Made by a program: the position numbers and the translations under genes
Notes under the pieces: generated by a model
Told to the model about the DNA's origin: nothing
Database searches by the model: none
Seen by the model: the letters and a program-made list of their open reading frames with translations, nothing else
Assembly: GCF_030144855.1 (NCBI RefSeq)
Contig: NC_082712.1
Location: forward strand, 13,392,001-13,456,000
Length of the DNA stretch: 64,000 nucleotides
Direction: 5' to 3'
From: Hypanus sabinus
Taxonomy: Eukaryota
Part shown: positions 52,950 to 64,000 of the stretch, piece by piece
How positions within the stretch are numbered: position 1 is the first letter of the stretch
How the letters are laid out: each line of letters opens with the position of its first letter

Positions 52950-55135
52950 ATTGTAGACTGTAGATTCTTCTGGCCAACATCTTCCTCCTCTTCATCCAAA
53001 GATATTTATCCTGAGATCATTATCCTCCTCTCATTCAGATGACTGCCCATAGGACTGCCTTGTAGGTGTGTAACACTTACATTCTATAAATAATATTAAC
53101 ATTTACTAACTAACTTCACCCACTTTATACCTACAATCGTCTCTGCTTTTTCATGAAAACCTTATCCTCAATTTATTTTCCATTATTGCGTCTTCTCAGT
53201 TGATATACCTCAGGGGGCATAAAATTAGTATTGTAGCGGTATGTGATACTATTCTTACCCATGGATGTATTTGAACATTTGACCTCCAATTCCAAAACTT
53301 ACTCCAAAAGCCTGGTGACTCAATATTTCATTTGCTTCTCCAGCGTGTGTTTTAATTACTTTAGTGTGTTTAGTCCATCGATGGATTATCTCTGTTTCCT
53401 CTGCCATAACATGTGTCCAGTCTGCAGTCAAGTGAGGAACTGGTGGCAACTCAGTAACAACACAGTCCCACAGATATTGATCTGTATCTGTGCATCGAGT
53501 CTTGAAGTTCTCCCCCTGGCTGAGGCAAAGTTCATCCTCCAATGGCCAGGTCTAAAGTCACGTTCCCTCTCATGATATTGTGACTTTCCAAAAGGGCATT
53601 GTTTCCATCCCTTCGTATAACTTGTGGGCCCTGTTGCTATGTAATACGTCTGTCCCACCAATGCATATTGTAAGAAAGCCTAGTTATTCACAGGCAAAAT
53701 GGACAATGAATAATTTTCACAAGTACAGGTTTTAAGCTTCTGCTTTGTCATTCCTTCTGGACAAGATCAGTTGTCTCCCTCTTGATGGCATCTTGATAAA
53801 TCGCACTCTTTCCCAGTACCATTCATAACAGTAGCATATATCAGTGGGTTATTTAAGGATATCTATGTATTCTGATGATACTTTCCAACATTGTGAACAT
53901 CTTTTCAAAATGTAGGTTGAATTATTTCCATATGGGGAAATTATGGAATACCACTCTGACATAAAAAAAACCTTCCTTTACCATCATCACAGGTATCGAG
54001 TTCTCTGTTGGTTACCGTAAGGCTTCTGATATGATACAATGGCACCCTTTCTCCAACCCATTTTTTTAGATGCTCATCTGAGACCCAGTTTGCTCCTTGA
54101 TGTGCATCAAGTTGCAACAGATTAGTGCCAGTCATGGTGAGCAACCAACTAGCATACGTAGCACGGATCTCAGTTTTCTGCATTTCCTTAGATGTGAGGT
54201 CTATGTGGTCAGTAATCGGATTTGTTGTATCATGAAAGGGCTACAGAAATTTACCAGTAACAGGGTTACCCGGATGCACCTCAACCAATCTGTTTGTATT
54301 AGTTTGTACCCGATCTCTGTAATTCTCTCCAGTAATATCCTTTATTTTCTGCTGGAGGTACTGTGTCTGGTTTTCTAATTCTGCTATATCGAGGCTGTTG
54401 ACTGTTGCTGCCCCTGATGTATAATCTACTCCCACTAATTCCAGTAGTCCTCTTTTCCTACTGTTTTTGATGGGCCTAACCTCGCTCTGCTTAGTTGTCT
54501 CTCATAAGGGTGAGCAAATAATTGTTTTGTTGTAGGTGAGCACTATTCAGGCACCATTATTTCAGTTAGATTAAAAATTATCTGCGAGTGCTCGTACCCT
54601 GGTACCAAAGTGTCAAATTCCCCTGTATCTCCTAACACTAACCCTGTCCCATTTGTGTTACGCTGCGTCTCACTACATTTAGGCTCTGGTATAGTTTCCA
54701 TCACTTGTGGGTATGGAGTAGTGATTTTTCTAATAGTTTTGAAAACCTGGAAAGGGCCCGGCCACTGACAAAAACTGTAAATATTTAAGGATCATCTCCG
54801 CTCCTACTTCCAGTTTAAATCTTAAATTATTTTGTACATATTTTCTACTTGTTTTTCTAGACAAACCAGTCCAGACTCCCAGTTGTCTTTGGATTCAAGG
54901 CATCTATTTTTCCTCACCCAATTTTGTTTTGGGATAGGAGAGACAAACACTGGCATTTCTTCCTTTCCCTTTGATTTTTTGGCAGAACTCCCCTGTGTCT
55001 CAGGATGTGGAAAATAAAAATCACCTCCTTGAGTGGGCAGGTTCCCATCTTCTTGGAACATTTGTTCCATCCTCGAGTCCCCCAAATCAGAACCACCATG
55101 TACATCAATTGTTATGTGCTGATGGTGATAACATT
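52950..55135 (-). pseudogene. env: Decayed ERV env encoding a class I fusion protein, paramyxovirus-F-like
   Basis: Candidate signal segment MYMVVLIWG at about 55100; NSRKR/GLLELVGVDYTSGAATVNSLDIAELENQTQYLQQKIKDI (RKR at 54451-54459); NPLIYATVMNGTGKECDLSRCHQEGDN*SCP..TCTC; many stops. Confidence 0.65.
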
Positions 55136-55139
55136 CCTG

Positions 55140-55580
55140 TTTCTCCCCCACCAATTTCAGCTGGTTGATATGGTACCACCCACTTTTATCGTGAGAAGTC
55201 AGCACTGTGCACTGAAGGGTTTGCTTTGTCTATAATTTCATAGGGCCCTGCGAACCTTGGATTTAACAATGAGTGGGTTGGTGTTTCTAATCATCACTCT
55301 TTGTCCTGGGTTAAATTCCATGATACTGACTTTTGAGTTAGTCAGCTTTACTCTGTTGCTTCTTCTTTCCTGTTTGGTAGGCTGCCACATAACTGGCCTC
55401 TTTCACTGCCTCTACTAATTGCTGTACCACTTTTCTGAAACATACCCATTGATATCAAGTTCTGACAAATCTAATCCGAACAACTCCTTCTTTCATATCC
55501 CTTCCGGTCATGAATTTATACGGGATATAACCCGTTGAAGACACCACTGTATTCCTTATTGTCATCAAGGCACAAGGAAA
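55140..55580 (-). pseudogene. pol: ERV integrase C-terminal half with GPY/F module
   Basis: FPCALMTIRNTVVSSTGYIPYKFMTGRDM; FNPGQRVMIR..PRFAGPYEII..GWYHINQLK. Confidence 0.85.
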
Positions 55581-55639
55581 ATCTAATTCTAACTCCTCTA
55601 ATCCTCTAATGACCCTTCTGCTCAACCCTTGCGGAGTCC

Positions 55640-55795
55640 TCTGTTAAATCCATAACCTTAATCTGTTTTCCCTTCTGCCTTCCAGACTCCCAAGTTGTAG
55701 CTGCCATTTCTGCCCAATAAAAGCACCTTGCTTCGCCAATTCATCAGCCTTTCTATTTCCCTCAGGAGATGATTTAGAGTGAGACTTCACCTTTA
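55640..55795 (-). pseudogene. pol: ERV RNase H C-terminus
   Basis: IKVKSHSKSSPEGNRKADELAKQGA. Confidence 0.8.
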
Positions 55796-55919
55796 TGACT
55801 CCATATTATTTTCACTTTGCAACTTCAAATATATATTGTAATAAATCAGCAGATGGGAGGGGCCTGCATTAGCTGAAACAAACCCCCTGTTGTGTTCAAT
55901 TTCAGTTTCTCTTGTTTTC

Positions 55920-56270
55920 CATCTCAACCCCATTCTCCTCCCTTCTCCCCACAACCTTTAACTCCTTGACTAAACAGGAACCTATGAAGTTCTGCTTTAA
56001 ATATGGTCAATGACTTGGCCTCCACAGCTGCCTGTGGAAATGAATTCCACAGATTCACGACTCCCAGGCTAAAGAAATTCCTCCTCATCTCTGTTCTAAA
56101 TTGCTGTCCTTCTATACTGAGGCTGTGCCCTCAGTTCCAAGACTTCCCCAAAATTGGAAACATCCTCTCCAGGTCTCTCAGTATTGTATGGGTTTCAGTG
56201 AGATCCGCTGCACCCCCCAACATTCTTCTAAACTTCAGTGAGTAGAAGACCAGAGTTATCAAACGCCATA
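55920..56270 (-). mobile_element. CR1 3' fragment
   Basis: Reverse complement of FSLGVVNLWNSFPQAAVEAKSL. Confidence 0.75.
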
Positions 56271-56531
56271 GACAGCACCCTGTCTGGGTGCATTCAGCTT
56301 GATGTGGTCCATCTCTGTCTGTGACACAAGAAGCTATTTATTTTGATGAATGTGTGACAGATAAAGCCAACCTGTAACTTTATCTTGCACAAGTCACTGA
56401 TAATTCTGTGTTGTTTTTCCTACCGCAATGAAAGAGGAGATATTTCCAGCTACTTCCTCACTTACCACATCCCTAAAAGAAAAGTTCAGTCTTTTCAGCT
56501 GTGAAATTATTTGGCATTATTTTTATCAACA

Positions 56532-57215
56532 CTCAGACCAAACACAGTCTGTCCTATCTCCCCTCAGACCAAACCCAGTCTGTCCAATCTCCCTCAGACC
56601 AAACCCAGTCTGTCCGATCTCCCCTCAGACCAAACCCAGTCTGTCCGATCTCCCCTCAGACCAAACCCAGTCTGTCCGATCTCCCCTCAGACCAAACCCG
56701 GTCAGTCCGATCTCCCCTCAGACCAAACCCAGTCTGTCCGATCTCCCCTCAGACCAAACCCAGTCTGTCCGATCTCCCCTCAGACCAAACCCAGTCTGTC
56801 CGATCTCCCCTCAGACCAAACCCAGTCTGTCCGATCTCCCTCAGACCAAACCCAGTCTGTCCGATCTCCCCCAGACCAAACCCAGTCTGTCCGATCTCCC
56901 CTCAGACCAAACCCAGTCTGTCCGATCTCCCTCAGACCAAACCCAGTCTGTCCGATCTCCCTCAGACCAAACCCAGTCTGTCTGATCTCCCCTCAGATCA
57001 AACCCAGTCTGTCCGATCTCCCTCAGACCAAAACCAGTCTGTCCAATCTCCCCTCAGACCAAACCCAGTCTGTCCGATCTTCACTCAGAACAAACCCAGT
57101 CTCTGTGATCTCTCCACAGTCTCTCATCAGTACAAACTCACTCTCTAAAAACACCTCAATCACTCCAGAAAACAAAGCCAGTCTCTGTCTGATCTCACCT
57201 CAGAGCAAACCCAGT
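56532..57215 (+). repeat. 30/31-bp minisatellite, about 20 units
   Basis: Unit tcagaccaaacccagtctgtccgatctcccc; homogeneous core at about 56560-57060 with degenerate edges. Confidence 0.95.
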
Positions 57216-57224
57216 CCCAATGGG

Positions 57225-58825
57225 GGAGGGCGGGATGTGAATATGGAGGTAGTGATTGGCATGATTTAGCAGATGAAGCTACTAGATATGGTTATGATAA
57301 TTATAAAATACCATTTCCCGAGGAATTCCCACCGACTCCCTACCATAGGGGGTCAGTGCTACCGTCTGCACGATTGGCACCCCTCATTACTCTCAGAGAG
57401 GAGGGAGCATGACAGCAAATCAAACTCAGACTGTAACATACACCACACTGTTCGGTGTACAGCAACTTAAAGATATTGCTGAGGATATCAGGACACGTGT
57501 GCTCAGAGACGATACTCAAGAGCTTTTCCAAGCAACTAGCCATCAGAGAGAACTTCAAGGAAAGGAGATTGATTATAATGTGTCCCATCCAAATATGCAC
57601 TCGGCTTTGCCGGATCTACAGTGAGATGGTGGGGACTGAAGAACGCAATATTGACTGCTATGGGTGTTAACAGAAGGGACCCAGTCAACGCACTAAAAAC
57701 AATTTACCGGAGGAGAGGTGAACATCCCACTGCATTTGCATCCCATTTATAGACTGTGTTCCAAGGAGTGAAGGAACAGCAGTAGAGTGCGGCCATTTAG
57801 ACGGTTGTGGATACTGGCGTCTCACTATACCGTTGAATCTAAAAAGGCACTGGAAATGTTTGATCCTTCTGAACCGACACATACTGAGGCACGGTCACTG
57901 AGGAAAATGTGTAGAGTGAGGGAAAAGGAGATACAGAGACCATCTAAACTCCCTAATGGGAAGGTAATGCCTGTTAAAGTCAGGCACCTGAATGGAGAAT
58001 TAATGGTAGGGGACCCACCCCGAGGGCCTCACTGCCACACCATCAAGGGGCAAGGAAGGGCAGAGGAAATGGAACAGGGCCAGGAACAGGGAGAACTGAA
58101 GGTGGAGTAATTAAATGCTATAACTGTGGCCAAGAGGGACAGATGAAGAGAGAATGTCCAAACCTGAGACAGGAAAGAGCAGAACAATGCAGTTTGTCTT
58201 TGGAGGGGCCAGAAAGATGGAGCCCACAGAATAACATGGTGGAGACACCACCATCCAGGGAATTGTACCCTGAGTCTGAGTGATGGTGTCAGGCCTCACC
58301 AACATGGGTGTGACACAAGGTGGAATGAAACCGGAAGACCTTGAGTGGTTGCTAGGGTCGGAGGCTGCCCTGTTACCTTTTTATGGGACACTGGATGATC
58401 CCGAACCACCGTCAACACCACTAATGTAAATAACGTAAATTGGGAGATACAAGGTAGTGTTATCCTCATTGAATTGTCAGACATCCACAAGTGGGACGTG
58501 TGAGTGTGCCATTGGAATTAAGGATAGGAGACATAGCATCGAAACATTCAACAGTGCTGGTGGAATTACCCAGGGAGAGGGAACATATACTGGGGACTGA
58601 TTACCTGGCCAAAGTGGGACTTTGTTTTGATCCAGTTAATTGTATGATTCCCATAATTGTATTGCTCCATAATTCCCCATCTATATTTCACCAGCGCTTA
58701 GAGAAAGGTTTAAATGATTTTCAAATCCTGAGTGCTTGATACAGTACATAGAAGATCTATTCCTGCAGATTGGAATTAAGCAGGAATATTATCAGCTATT
58801 GACAGAACTGCTGCAATTATTAGCA
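57225..58825 (+). pseudogene. gag-pol: Inverted duplicate of ERV gag-pro-(deleted)-RT
   Basis: Capsid-like LKNAILTAMG..DPVNALKTIYRRRGEHPTAFASHL; knuckle CYNCGQEGQMKREC (58116-58157); VTFLWDTG (58387); ILGTDYL; HNSPSIFHQRL..IQYIEDL. Confidence 0.88.
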
Positions 58826-59278
58826 ACACAAACAAAATGCTGGAGGAACTCAGCAGGCCAGGCAGCATCTTATGGGAAAGAGTACAGTCAACATTTCAGT
58901 CCAAAACCCTTCAGTGCGACTGGAGGGAAAAAGCTGAGGAGTAGATTTAAAAGGTGGGGGGAGGGAGAGAGAAACACTGGGTGAAACCTGGAGGGGAAGG
59001 GATGAAGTAAAGAGCTGGGAAGTTGATTGGTGAAAGAGACAGTCTGCCATGGAAGAAAGAAAAAGGGGAAGAAGCACCAAGGGGAGGCAATGGGTGGGAA
59101 AGGAGATATCATGAGAGAGGGAAAAGGGTTGGGAAATGTTGAAGGGGCGGAGGTGTGGGGTATTACTGAAATTTTGAGAAATCGATGTTCATGCCATCAG
59201 GTTGGAGGTGTTAAGGTGTTACTCTTTTCCATAGATACTAACTGGCCTGCTGACTTCCTCCAGCATTTTGTGTTTGTT
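58826..59278. mobile_element. Penelope-like 3' fragment bracketed by inverted terminal repeats
   Basis: aaaatgctggaggaactcagcagg on + at 58836 and on - at about 59250-59270; PLE 3' sequence on minus in between. Confidence 0.75.
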
Positions 59279-59407
59279 CCTAATAATTGCAGCAGTTCTG
59301 TCAATAGCTGATAAAGTTCCTGCTTAGTTCACTCTGCAGGAGTAGATCACATATGTATTGAATCAAACACTTGGGTTTTGAAAACCATTTAAACCTTTCC
59401 CCTAAGC

Positions 59408-62094
59408 CAGGGGTCGGCAACCCGCGGCTCCAGACCCACATGTGGCTCTTTGATCTCTGTGCTGCGGCTCCTTGTGGCTTTGGAAAATAAATGATGAGTA
59501 TTTAATTAAAATGTATTTTATGTTAGTTTGTTAGTTTTTGAAATGTAATTCTAAATTTGGAGATTATGGTGATCTTGTACAATCTAAATAAAATGTGTTT
59601 TTTGTCGCTATTAATATACGTCACCACTACCAATGCCTGACACCTGCCAGTGCGCGATTTCTTTAATTTTTCGATCCAAGTTAGGCGAACTATGGAGAAT
59701 TCTAAAAAAAGAAAAGTGACTGAAGAAAACAGAACTTTTAATGATACGTGGGCAGATTCATTTGCTTTCAGTGCTGACGAGACTGGTTTACCGGTATGCT
59801 TAATATGCAATGAGAAACTAGCAACCAGCAAAAAGTCAAAAGTCGCAAGACATTTCCAGCAAACACACAGGCTTTGCTCAAAAATATCCAGATGGAGATG
59901 AGAGAAAAAAAACAGTTTCGGAACTGATGCGGAAGGTTGAGCTGAGCAAAAATCATTTCAAGAAGTGGATGAAGTCTGGAAAATCAACTACATATGCTAG
60001 TTTTGTTGCCGCTCGGTAAATAGTCAGGCACGGGAAGCAGTTTACAGATGGTGAATATATAAAATAATCTTTCATTAAGATTTCAGAATATCTATTCACG
60101 GACTTTAAAAATAAGAGTGAAATTGTGCAGAAAATCAGGAATATGCCCCTCTCTGCAAAGACTGTCAAAGACAGAACCATAAAAATGGCAGAAGACATCA
60201 CAAGACAGCAAATTAAAGACATCAATTCAGCTGTGGCCTACTCGATTGCCTGTGACGAGTCTAAAGACAAAGGTGATATTAAACAAATAGCGCTGTTCTG
60301 CCGGTATGTAAACTCTGCCTGGCCACAGGAAGAAATGATTGAGTTGATGCCTCTAAAAGGCCAAACACGGGGGGAGGACATCTATGAGGCTGTCTTGAAT
60401 TGTTTAAGAGCCAAAGTACTAACGACCACCCACTTGGTGTCAGTAGCTACTGATGGGGCACCAAGTATGACAGGAGCGTACAAGGGATTTGTGGCTTTAC
60501 TGCAGAAGTCGCTGGGCAGAAAGCTAAAGCTGCTGACTTTTCACTGCATCTTGCACCAAGAGGCTTTGTGCGCTCAAACATTTCCTCCGGAATGCACAGG
60601 TAATGGATGTTGTCATTCAGATTGTCAATAAAATACTGGCAAAAAGTTTAAATCACCGTCAATTCAGTTTGTTACTGGACGAGCTGGAAAGCGCATATTC
60701 TGATCTCCTGCTGCACAACAAAGTCCGGTGGCTGTCAAGAGGGGAGGTGCTGAAACACTTTGTCGCGTGTCTGGAAGAAGTGAAAACTTTCCTGGGCAGC
60801 AAAGGGCTCACCTTTCCTGAGCTGGAACAGCCAGAGTGGCTGGAAAAGCTACACTTCATGGTAGACATGACAGCGCACCTGAACACGCTGAACACAGCTC
60901 TTCAGGGGAAAGGACGCACAGCCCTGCACATGTTGGAGGATGTTTTGGCATTCGAGTGCAAGTTGACAGTGCTTGCCAGAGATTCACAGAAAGGCACATT
61001 GTCTCACTTCCCCAATTTGAGAGAGTTCAAACAAGCTCACGACATGATAAATTCAGAGTATTGACATTCTGCAATCATTGCAATGCAACATCATTTGGGA
61101 AACGCTTCTGTGAGTTCAGAGAAGAAAAAAACACATTATCCTTCCCGGTCACTCTCCTAAGCATCGATCCATCCCTACTGAATACGACTGCATTGGCAGG
61201 TGTGAGTCAACCTGATCTTGAGATGGAACTGGCCAACATACCCGACAAAGACATATGGGTGTCCAAGTTTAGACGCTTGACAGCAGACCTTGAAGATGTT
61301 GCCCGTCAGAAGGCCGCTCTTGCTCAGAATCACAAATGGAGTGATATTGAAAACTTCCCCAAACCGGACAAACTTGTGTTGGAAACATGGAATGCTATCC
61401 CTGACATTTATGTAAACATTAAAATGTATGCGCTTGCAGTCCTGTCGATCTTTGGATCCACATATGTATGTGAGCAGGTGTTCTCCTACATGAACTTCAT
61501 TAAAAACAAACATCGCGCACGCCTCACAGATGACAGCTTGCGATCCTGTGTAAAGATGAAGGTGACGTCATACAGCCCTGATGTGCAGATGCTGTGCGCT
61601 GAGGTCCAGGAGCAGAAATCCCATTAACCAAGAATGATAAGTATTTTAATTGCCTATTATTTTACGTATATTCAATTTTTTTCATTTTTCAGTGAAATAG
61701 TACTTTTATTTTCAGGTTGACAGCTGGCTGACATTATTTTTGGTTTGCTGCTGGCGGACAATTTAAGTTCGGCGTTTTTCATAAATACAAGAAGGACTCA
61801 AATAGATTGAGTATTTTACTTAAAAGTAACCTGCAACCCAACGTCTTTTTTTCGGAGTTCAAAATGTTTTTGTTGCATGCAGAAATGTAATTTTGTTTTC
61901 TCTGCAGGAGTTCATCGATGACATAAATGCAACACATTATAGTTTGTTTATACATAGCATAAAGGCAAAAAAACCGTTGTATGCAGTGTTATTTCATTTT
62001 AAATGTCAAACGGGTTTTGTGGCTCCCAGTGTTTTCTTTTCTGTGGGAAACAGGTCCAAATGGCTCTTTCAGTGGTAAAGGTTGCCGGCCCCTG
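59408..62094 (+). mobile_element. hAT DNA transposon (SPIN/GTF2IRD2-like) with intact ends
   Basis: TIRs CAGGGGTCGGCAACC / GGTTGCCGGCCCCTG; 8-bp TSD CCCTAAGC at 59400-59407 and 62095-62102. Confidence 0.96.
59692..61627 (+). pseudogene. hAT transposase, frameshifted
   Basis: BED-like CLIC..H; SIACDESKD; ATDGAPSM; FHCILHQEAL; VRWLSRG; FGSTYVCEQVFS dimerisation motif; split across at least 4 frames. Confidence 0.92.
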
Positions 62095-63224
62095 CCCTAA
62101 GCGCTGGTGAAATATAGATGGGGAATTATGGAACCCCTGTGGTAGGGTAGTCCACGTACACTGCTGTCTCTGAAGGGCAAGTGCAAACTTGACCATGACC
62201 AAAACCCATTATTTATGTTTAAAACTGAACCATTGTGCTCTTTCATTCTGTTTGAACACTATTTCCGGGTTAGTTGCTACAGTTGGGGCTGTTAACCGAG
62301 TCACTTTATTTACCTCTCGATAATCAACCTCCAACTACCATCTGGTTCCCTCACGGGCAATATGGGTGAGTTATTTGTGGAGGTTACTGGCCTCAGTACC
62401 CCTTGTTGCACCAAACTCTGTATTCCCTTGCCTACATCTTCCTTTGCTTTTTTGGAAACTCATATTGGTTCGGTGCTTTGGGGTCTGGACCTTGGATGCA
62501 CACTCTGCCGGCTATCTTTCCACAGTCATGCTTGTGTCTTGCAAATGCCCCCGAGTTCTGTGCAATAATTTACTGCACCATCTGATCATTGCTCATCTCC
62601 CCCGGTTTTATCCACATTTCGTCCATTGTGCAGATTCTATCCAATATTCTCCTGCCGGGATCTGTATGTGGTGTATGTTATTCATGACAGTTGGCATCTG
62701 CTAAATCATACAATTAACTGGATCAAAACAAAGCCCCACTTTGGCCAAGTAATCAGTCCCCAGTATGTGTTCCCGCTCCCTGGGTAATTCCACCAGCACT
62801 GTTGAATGTTTCGATGCTATGTCTCCTATCCTTAATTCCAAAGTCACACTCACACGTCCCACTTGTGGATGTCTGAGAATCCAATGAGGATAACTCTACC
62901 TTGTATCTCCCAATTTACGTTATTTACATTAGTGGTGTTGACGGTGGTTCGGGATCCTCCAGTGTCCCATAAAAAGGTAACAGGGTGGCCTCCGACCCTA
63001 CCAATCACTGGAGGTCTTCTGGCTTCATCCCACCTTGCGTCACACCCATGTTGGTGAGGCCTGACACCATCATTCTGGCTCAGGGTACAATTCCCTGGAC
63101 GGTGGTGTCTCTACCATGTTATTTTGTGGGCTCCATCTTTCTGGCCCCTCCAAGAGCAAACTGCATTGCTCTGCTCTTTCTCATCTCAGGTTTGGACACT
63201 CTCTCTTCCACAGTTTCAGAGAGA

Positions 63225-64000
63225 CAGACAGACAGACATACTTTATTGATCCCGAGGAAAATTGGGTTTCGTTACAGTCACACCAACCAAGAACAGTGAA
63301 GAAATATAGCAATATAAAACCATAAATAATGAAATAAAAATAAGTTAATTATGCCAAGTGGAAATAGTTCCAGGACCAGCCTGTTGGCTCAGGGTGTCTG
63401 ACACTCCGAGAGAGGAGGTGTAAAGTTTGATGGCCACAGGCAGGAATGACTTCCTATGACGCTCAGAGTTACATCTCAGTGGAATGAGTCTCTGGCTGAA
63501 TGTACTCCTTTGCCTAACCAGTACATTATGGAGTGGATGGGAGACATTGTCCAAGATGGCATGCAACATGGACAGCATCCTCTTTTCAGACACCACCATC
63601 AGAGAGTTCAGTTCCACACTCACAACATCACTGGTCTTACGAATGAGTTTGTTGATTCTGTTGGTGTCTTCTACCCTCAGCCTGCTCTCTCAGCATACAA
63701 CAGCAAACATGATAGCACTGGCCACCACAGACTTGTAGAACATCCTCAGCATCGTCCAGCAGATGTTAAAGGACCTCAGTCTCCTCAGGAAATAGAGACG
63801 GCTCTGACACTTCTTGTAGACAGTCTTAGTGTTCTTTGACCAGTCCTGTTTATTGTCCATTCGTATCCCCAGGTATTTGTAATCCTCCACTATGTCCACA
63901 CTGTCCCCTTGAATGGAAGCAGGAGTCATCAGTGCCTTAGCCCTCCTCAGGTCCACCACCAGCTCCCTAGTCTTTTTCACATTAAGCTACAGATGATTCT
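63225..64000 (-). mobile_element. Rex1/Babar-type LINE 3' end
   Basis: KTRELVVDLRR..YKYLG..SRLYFLRRLRSF; (gaca)n tail at about 63222-63240; truncates the ERV gag. Confidence 0.88.

Larger units (their letters stand above)
59280..63216 (-). pseudogene. pol: ERV gag end, protease and RT (minus copy), split by the hAT
   Basis: VGGHPVTFLWDTGGSRTT (DTG at 62958-62966); FARHKHDCGKIAGRVCIQGPDP..QQGVLRPVTSTNNSPILPVREPDGSWRL; TWTTLPQGFHNSPSIFHQRL / hAT / LIQYICDLLL (59320-59370). Confidence 0.9.

Noticed and set aside
56466-56498. Minus-strand micro-exon (tttcacAG...G/GTAAGT; LKRLNFSFRDV)
   Set aside because: Splice signals alone, with no partner exons or homology.
4896-57215. CRISPR-like arrays (81-bp and 31-bp repeats)
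   Set aside because: Head-to-tail units with no unique spacers, no cas genes, and a vertebrate context.
56428-57269. Three long repetitive Pro/Ser/Gln ORFs (mucin-like)
   Set aside because: Stop-free 30/31-bp units shift frame constantly, so the ORFs are a by-product of the minisatellite.

Overview
Repeat-dense vertebrate genomic DNA with no prokaryotic features. The repeat families (CR1, L1, Rex1/Babar-type LINEs, Penelope-like elements with hammerhead motifs, Gypsy LTRs, a hAT) suggest a cartilaginous fish, probably a ray (inference). Two non-routine systems are visible. (1) A tandem cluster of single-Ig-V activating-type receptor genes on +. It has an intact phase-1/1 V exon (6417-6815) with a long Tyr-rich FG loop encoded partly by a TAT microsatellite, and a TM exon with an intramembrane Lys and a very short tail (10651-10769, Siglec-15/PILRB-like). 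Pseudogenised paralogous exons lie at 25806 (TM) and 49079 (V) inside duplicated blocks. (2) A decayed endogenous retrovirus on - (about 63216 to 52200) with gag-pro-RT-RNaseH-IN-env in canonical order. Its env resembles a paramyxovirus-type F protein (lokiretrovirus-like, inference). The provirus is interrupted by a hAT with intact TIRs and TSD, and an inverted duplicate of its gag-pro-RT flanks a Penelope fragment. An assembly gap runs 44306-44900. Everything was read by eye; TE boundaries without a TSD are approximate.
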